Shown piece after piece: positions 55,063-58,917 of a stretch of 58,917 bases of DNA. How positions within the stretch are numbered: position 1 is the first letter of the stretch; each line of letters opens with the position of its first letter. A program made the translations under genes and the position numbers. Under the pieces are notes generated by a model, which had not been told where the DNA came from, did no database searches, and saw only the letters and a program-made list of their open reading frames with translations. Source of the stretch: Nocardiopsaceae bacterium (GTDB lineage Bacteria; Actinomycetota; Actinomycetes; Streptosporangiales; Streptosporangiaceae); assembly GCA_017354375.1 (NCBI GenBank), contig JAFMRC010000002.1, positions 1-58,917 on the forward strand. Direction: 5' to 3'.

Positions 55063-56475
55063 TCAGGGCGCCGTCCTGGCGGCGGAATCCAGCTCGGTGC
55101 TGTCCGGGCGCGGCGGCCGGAGGGGGCGGATGATCATCTCGCCCAGGATGACGCAGGCCGCGATCGTGAGGCCCAGCGCGAGGGCGCGTAGCAGCGTGCC
55201 GACCGCCGCGTTGTTGCCGCTGAACACGTACAGCATGCCCTGGTAGAGGGTGAGCCCCGGCACCAGCGGCATCATCCCCGGCACCGCGTAGACGAAGGCG
55301 TGACTCCGCTGGCGGGTGGCGAGGAGGGTGCCCGCGGCGCCGATGAGGACCGCGGCGATGGCCGTGGCGGGAATGAGCGCCATCCCCGCGTTGCGGAGCG
55401 CGAGCAGGACCGCCCACCCCCCGGCGCCCACGAGCCCGGCGTAGGCGAGGGAGCGGCGCGGCACCTGAGCGGCCGCGCCGTACAGGCAGGCGGCGACCCC
55501 GGCGGCGATCACCTGGACGATGACCTGCGTGAACGGGGCCGTCACGATCGAGGCGAAGCGCACCGTGACGCCGGTAGACACCGCCAGGTAGAGGACGGCG
55601 GCCACGCCGGTCATGATGCCCACGGCGGTGAGCAGCACCTCCAGCCCGCGGGCGGAGCCGCTGATCGGGAAGCCGGTGATGGCGTCCCGCACGCTGGCCA
55701 CCAGGGCGTAGCCCGGGACCAGGATGATGATGCCGCCCGCCACCACCATGGACGGCTGAACCGGTATGTGCACCGCGACCACGGCCATGGCGAACCCGGT
55801 CGCCACCGCCGCGCCCAGGACGGACTGGAAGAATGCCGGGATGCCGTACCGGGCCACCGCCCGCATCAGCAGGGTCACGATGGTCGCCGAGATGAAGGCG
55901 GTCACGCCGGCTATCCACCGGCCGCCGAGCAGCACGGTGAACGCGGCGGCCATGCCAGCCCAGCTCACGAGCACTGTCCGCGGGCCGCGCGGGCGCGCGG
56001 ACAGCACCTCGTCCAGCCGGGCGATGGCCCGCTCGGGGGTGATCCGGCCGGCCGCCAGGTCGGCCCGGAGGGCGTAGATCCCGGCCATGCGCCCGTAGTC
56101 CACGGAACGATGGCGGACCACCCACACGGCCGTGACCGGCTCGACGTCGTCGCCCCGGATGTAGGAGGCGGTCATCGACGTGAAGGTCACGTCGGCCTCG
56201 CAGTGGTCAAGCCCGCAGGCGGCGGTCAGCTCGAGGATGGTCGCCTCCACCTCGTTCGTGCTGCCACCGTAGCTCAGCATCGCCGATCCGGCCCGCAGGG
56301 CGAAGTTCAGGATGCGGTAGGCCGCCCGGATCTCGGGCGGGGGGACCTCGCGCGCCGCGGCCTTCCGCCGCACGCCGAAGCCCCGCAGGGCGTGGCGAGC
56401 GCGCAGCGCCAGCCGCTGCGTCTCCTGGGGGAAGGTTCGCCTGGTCGCCGTCGTCATCGTCATCGTGAAATTCAT
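55063..56475 (-). CDS. Threonine/serine exporter family protein (ThrE-like)
   Basis: RAGSAMLSYGGSTNEVE, RSVDYGR, IILVPGYAL, MPLVPGLTLY; about 10 TM segments. Confidence 0.9.
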   Translation of the reverse strand: MNFTMTMTTATRRTFPQETQRLALRARHALRGFGVRRKAAAREVPPPEIRAAYRILNFALRAGSAMLSYGGSTNEVEATILELTAACGLDHCEADVTFTSMTASYIRGDDVEPVTAVWVVRHRSVDYGRMAGIYALRADLAAGRITPERAIARLDEVLSARPRGPRTVLVSWAGMAAAFTVLLGGRWIAGVTAFISATIVTLLMRAVARYGIPAFFQSVLGAAVATGFAMAVVAVHIPVQPSMVVAGGIIILVPGYALVASVRDAITGFPISGSARGLEVLLTAVGIMTGVAAVLYLAVSTGVTVRFASIVTAPFTQVIVQVIAAGVAACLYGAAAQVPRRSLAYAGLVGAGGWAVLLALRNAGMALIPATAIAAVLIGAAGTLLATRQRSHAFVYAVPGMMPLVPGLTLYQGMLYVFSGNNAAVGTLLRALALGLTIAACVILGEMIIRPLRPPRPDSTELDSAARTAP

Positions 56476-56568
56476 AGTCCCTGGCAGGCTAAATTACCGG
56501 GAAATAATGCCATTTCCTCCTGCGCCCGGCGGCGAAAACCCGGGTTCCGGGGGAAGGGAACGCGGACC

Positions 56569-58917
56569 TCAGCCCGCGCTGGTGACGGACGGCGGGGCGT
56601 CGGAGGGGGCGGTGCCCCAGGTGCCGGGCGAGGCGGCCAGCTTGTAGCCGATGCGGGCGCCGTGGGCGATGTCGGCCTGGCTGACCCAGGTCTGCTGGTG
56701 CTGCCTGCCGTTCAGGGTCATGCCGGTGATGTAGCGGTTCGCCCAGCTGGTGCCCGGCGCGTCGATCGTGATCGTCCCGCCCTGGCTCAGGCCATAGGAG
56801 CCGACGTGCACGACCGCCCGCGGGAACTGCGGGGAGGTGACCGCGTAGTAGTCCGCGCCGCTCATCACCGGGTACAGGCCGATGGACGACATCACCAGCC
56901 ACGACGACATCTCCCCGAGGTCGTCGTTGCCGGTCATGCCGTTGGGCGCGTCGGCGAACAGCGTCTCCTGGGCGCGCACCACGGTCGCGGTGTGGTCCGG
57001 CTCGCCGGTCCAGGCGTAGGTGTACGGAGACTGCAGGTCCGGCTCGTTGTTCGGGTTGTAGGTCTTGTTGCCGTAGTAGCCGTAGGCGGTGTTGACCCAG
57101 CCGGTCTTGACGGTCTGCGACGGGTCGGTCAGCAGGCCGCTGTAGTCGAAGAACGAGTCCAGCCGCTTGCTGGCCGCCGCGTCGCCGCCGAGCAGGCCGA
57201 TATCGCCGGGCTCGTCCTGCGGCACCAGCCACTGGTACTGGTAGGCGCCGCTCTCGTGGAACTGGTTGCTGCCGGTCCCCGGGTCATACGGGGACAGCCA
57301 GCTCCCGTCGGCGTCGCGCGGGCGGAAGAACCCGATGGAGGGATCCCACAGCGTGCGGTAGTCCTCCCCGCGCTTGGCGAGCAGCTTCGCCTCGGCGTCG
57401 TGGCCGAGCCCGCGCGCCATGATCGACAGCGCGGCGTCGGCGGCCGAGTACTCCAGGGTGGCCGACGCGGGGTACTGGCAGTCGTTGTCGCCGCCCTTGT
57501 AGGCGCAGTTCTCGCCGACCGGGATGTACCCGAGCTTGTTGTACCACGGGTTGCCGTTTCGCCCGTTGAACGGCGAGGACGCCGGGGGGTCGGAGGTGAC
57601 GTTCGCGAGCAGCGCCCGGTAGGCCTCCTGCTCGTGCCCGGCCAGCAGCCCCTTCGACCAGCCATCGACCAGGAACGGGGTGACCGGGTCCCCGGTCATC
57701 ACGTTCGTCTCGGAGTTGTCCAGTTCCCAGCGCGGCAGCCAGCCGCCGTAGCGGTAGACGTCCAGCAGAGACAGGTCCACGTCCCGCGCCACCCCCGGCG
57801 CCAGCAGCTCGAGCAGCTGGTTCTGGGTGCGGTAGGTATCCCACAGCGAGAAGTCCTGGTACTCGGTGTGGCCGATCGCGCGGTGCACCTTCCCGTCGAA
57901 TCCCATGAAGTCGCCGTCGACGTCGCTGGACACGTTCGGCTGCAGCAGGGAGTGGTAGAGGGCGGTGTAGAAGGCCGTTCGCGACGCGTCGCTGCCGCCG
58001 GAGACCTCGATCGAGTGCAGCATCTGGTTCCAGCGGCCGGCCAGCCGCTGCCGGGTCGCGTCGAAGTCGAAGGAATTCCCGGTCTCGGCCGCGAGGTTCT
58101 CGCGGGCGCCCGCGACGCTGGTGTAGGACAGGCCGACCTTCGCCACCAGGGGCCGCGCGGAAGCGCCGAACGACACCCAGCCGCCGTTGCCGCCGTTGCC
58201 GGACGCGGACCGCGACCCCGGGATGCGCGCCGAGCCCCGCCAGGTGCCGAACGAGCGGAACGGCCGGGAGAACCGCGCGGTGAAGTACACCGTGTGCTGG
58301 TCGGTGCCCGAGCAGAAGTGGCCGTCGCGCACCCAGCCCTCGACGGTGTCGTCGCCGACGATGTGGATCCCCGAGTCCAGCACGGTCATGTTCGACTTGC
58401 CGGTGTTGATCAGCACGTTGTCCTGCTCGGCGGCCGAGCCGGAGGAGGATCCGGAAGAACCGCCGGACGGGAACGTGTAGCGCTGCCAGCCGGTGCGGGT
58501 GGTGGCGGTCAGCTCGGCGTTGATCCCGTAACGGGCGAGCCGCACCTGGTAGTAGCCGGGCCGCGCCTGCTCCTGGCCGTGGCTGAACGACGACGCGTAC
58601 TTGGCCGGGTCGACGGTGGAAACCGCTCCGGTCGTCGGCATGAACGGGATCTCGCCGTCCACCCCGCACCCCGCCCCGGACAGGTGGGTCTGGCTGAAAC
58701 CATAGATCGAGTGGGTGTCGTAACCGTAGCCGGTCGCCGCCCCGCCGTTGTCCGGACTGACCTGAGCCATACCGAACGGAGCCGAGGCGCCTGGGAACGT
58801 GTTCCCCTGATTCTCGGTGCCGATGAACGGGTTGACCTCACTCGTCAGGTCCGCCTGGCCGGCTGCCTGGGGACTGGCCGACTGGGCGGGCGCGCGGGCC
58901 GCGGCGGCCGCCGGGGC
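56569..58917 (-). CDS. Glycoside hydrolase family 92 (alpha-mannosidase); 5' end outside the window
   Basis: VNPFIGT..GNTFPGASAPFGMAQVSPD, FSQTHLSGAGC, FSLWDTYR, NNEPD, GNDDLGEMSSW. Confidence 0.93.
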   Translation of the reverse strand, partial: APAAAAARAPAQSASPQAAGQADLTSEVNPFIGTENQGNTFPGASAPFGMAQVSPDNGGAATGYGYDTHSIYGFSQTHLSGAGCGVDGEIPFMPTTGAVSTVDPAKYASSFSHGQEQARPGYYQVRLARYGINAELTATTRTGWQRYTFPSGGSSGSSSGSAAEQDNVLINTGKSNMTVLDSGIHIVGDDTVEGWVRDGHFCSGTDQHTVYFTARFSRPFRSFGTWRGSARIPGSRSASGNGGNGGWVSFGASARPLVAKVGLSYTSVAGARENLAAETGNSFDFDATRQRLAGRWNQMLHSIEVSGGSDASRTAFYTALYHSLLQPNVSSDVDGDFMGFDGKVHRAIGHTEYQDFSLWDTYRTQNQLLELLAPGVARDVDLSLLDVYRYGGWLPRWELDNSETNVMTGDPVTPFLVDGWSKGLLAGHEQEAYRALLANVTSDPPASSPFNGRNGNPWYNKLGYIPVGENCAYKGGDNDCQYPASATLEYSAADAALSIMARGLGHDAEAKLLAKRGEDYRTLWDPSIGFFRPRDADGSWLSPYDPGTGSNQFHESGAYQYQWLVPQDEPGDIGLLGGDAAASKRLDSFFDYSGLLTDPSQTVKTGWVNTAYGYYGNKTYNPNNEPDLQSPYTYAWTGEPDHTATVVRAQETLFADAPNGMTGNDDLGEMSSWLVMSSIGLYPVMSGADYYAVTSPQFPRAVVHVGSYGLSQGGTITIDAPGTSWANRYITGMTLNGRQHQQTWVSQADIAHGARIGYKLAASPGTWGTAPSDAPPSVTSAG

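Noticed and set aside
63-58841. Many long ORFs antisense or out of frame to real genes (e.g. 9667-11499, 13133-15367, 21988-24510, 35229-37649, 51787-53424)
   Set aside because: Shadow ORFs expected in high-GC DNA; no motifs, and they overlap well-supported genes.

Overview
High-GC actinobacterial chromosomal window; a soil Actinomycetota, possibly Streptosporangiales-like, is inferred from gene content. I found no rRNA, tRNA, CRISPR array or intact transposase/integrase. The left part holds an Opp/Dpp-type ABC importer, oxidoreductases, a coiled-coil protein and the actinobacterial ABC-F / gbn (SCO1839-like) / ABC-exporter neighbourhood. The best candidate for a new system sits inside that neighbourhood (15.2-18.7 kb): a RiPP cluster with a 75-aa graspetide-type precursor carrying a 4-Cys core, divergently transcribed from an operon encoding an ATP-grasp ligase, a ClpP-class (SDH_sah) protease, a frameshifted MauE/DoxX-like protein and a membrane-anchored CxxC thioredoxin. 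This suggests a peptide with both ester cross-links and disulfides. The right two-thirds is an accessory mosaic: a UvrD-like helicase fused to a PD-(D/E)XK nuclease, a decayed defence island, an orphan full-length BREX-2 pglX, several toxin-antitoxin pairs and many deletion-type pseudogenes. Two non-coding repeat families are visible: a ~40-65 bp motif (core ATCCGTTCGG) with 7 copies at gene boundaries or truncation points, and a ~111 bp palindromic element present twice. Family assignments come from motif recognition by eye, not from database searches.
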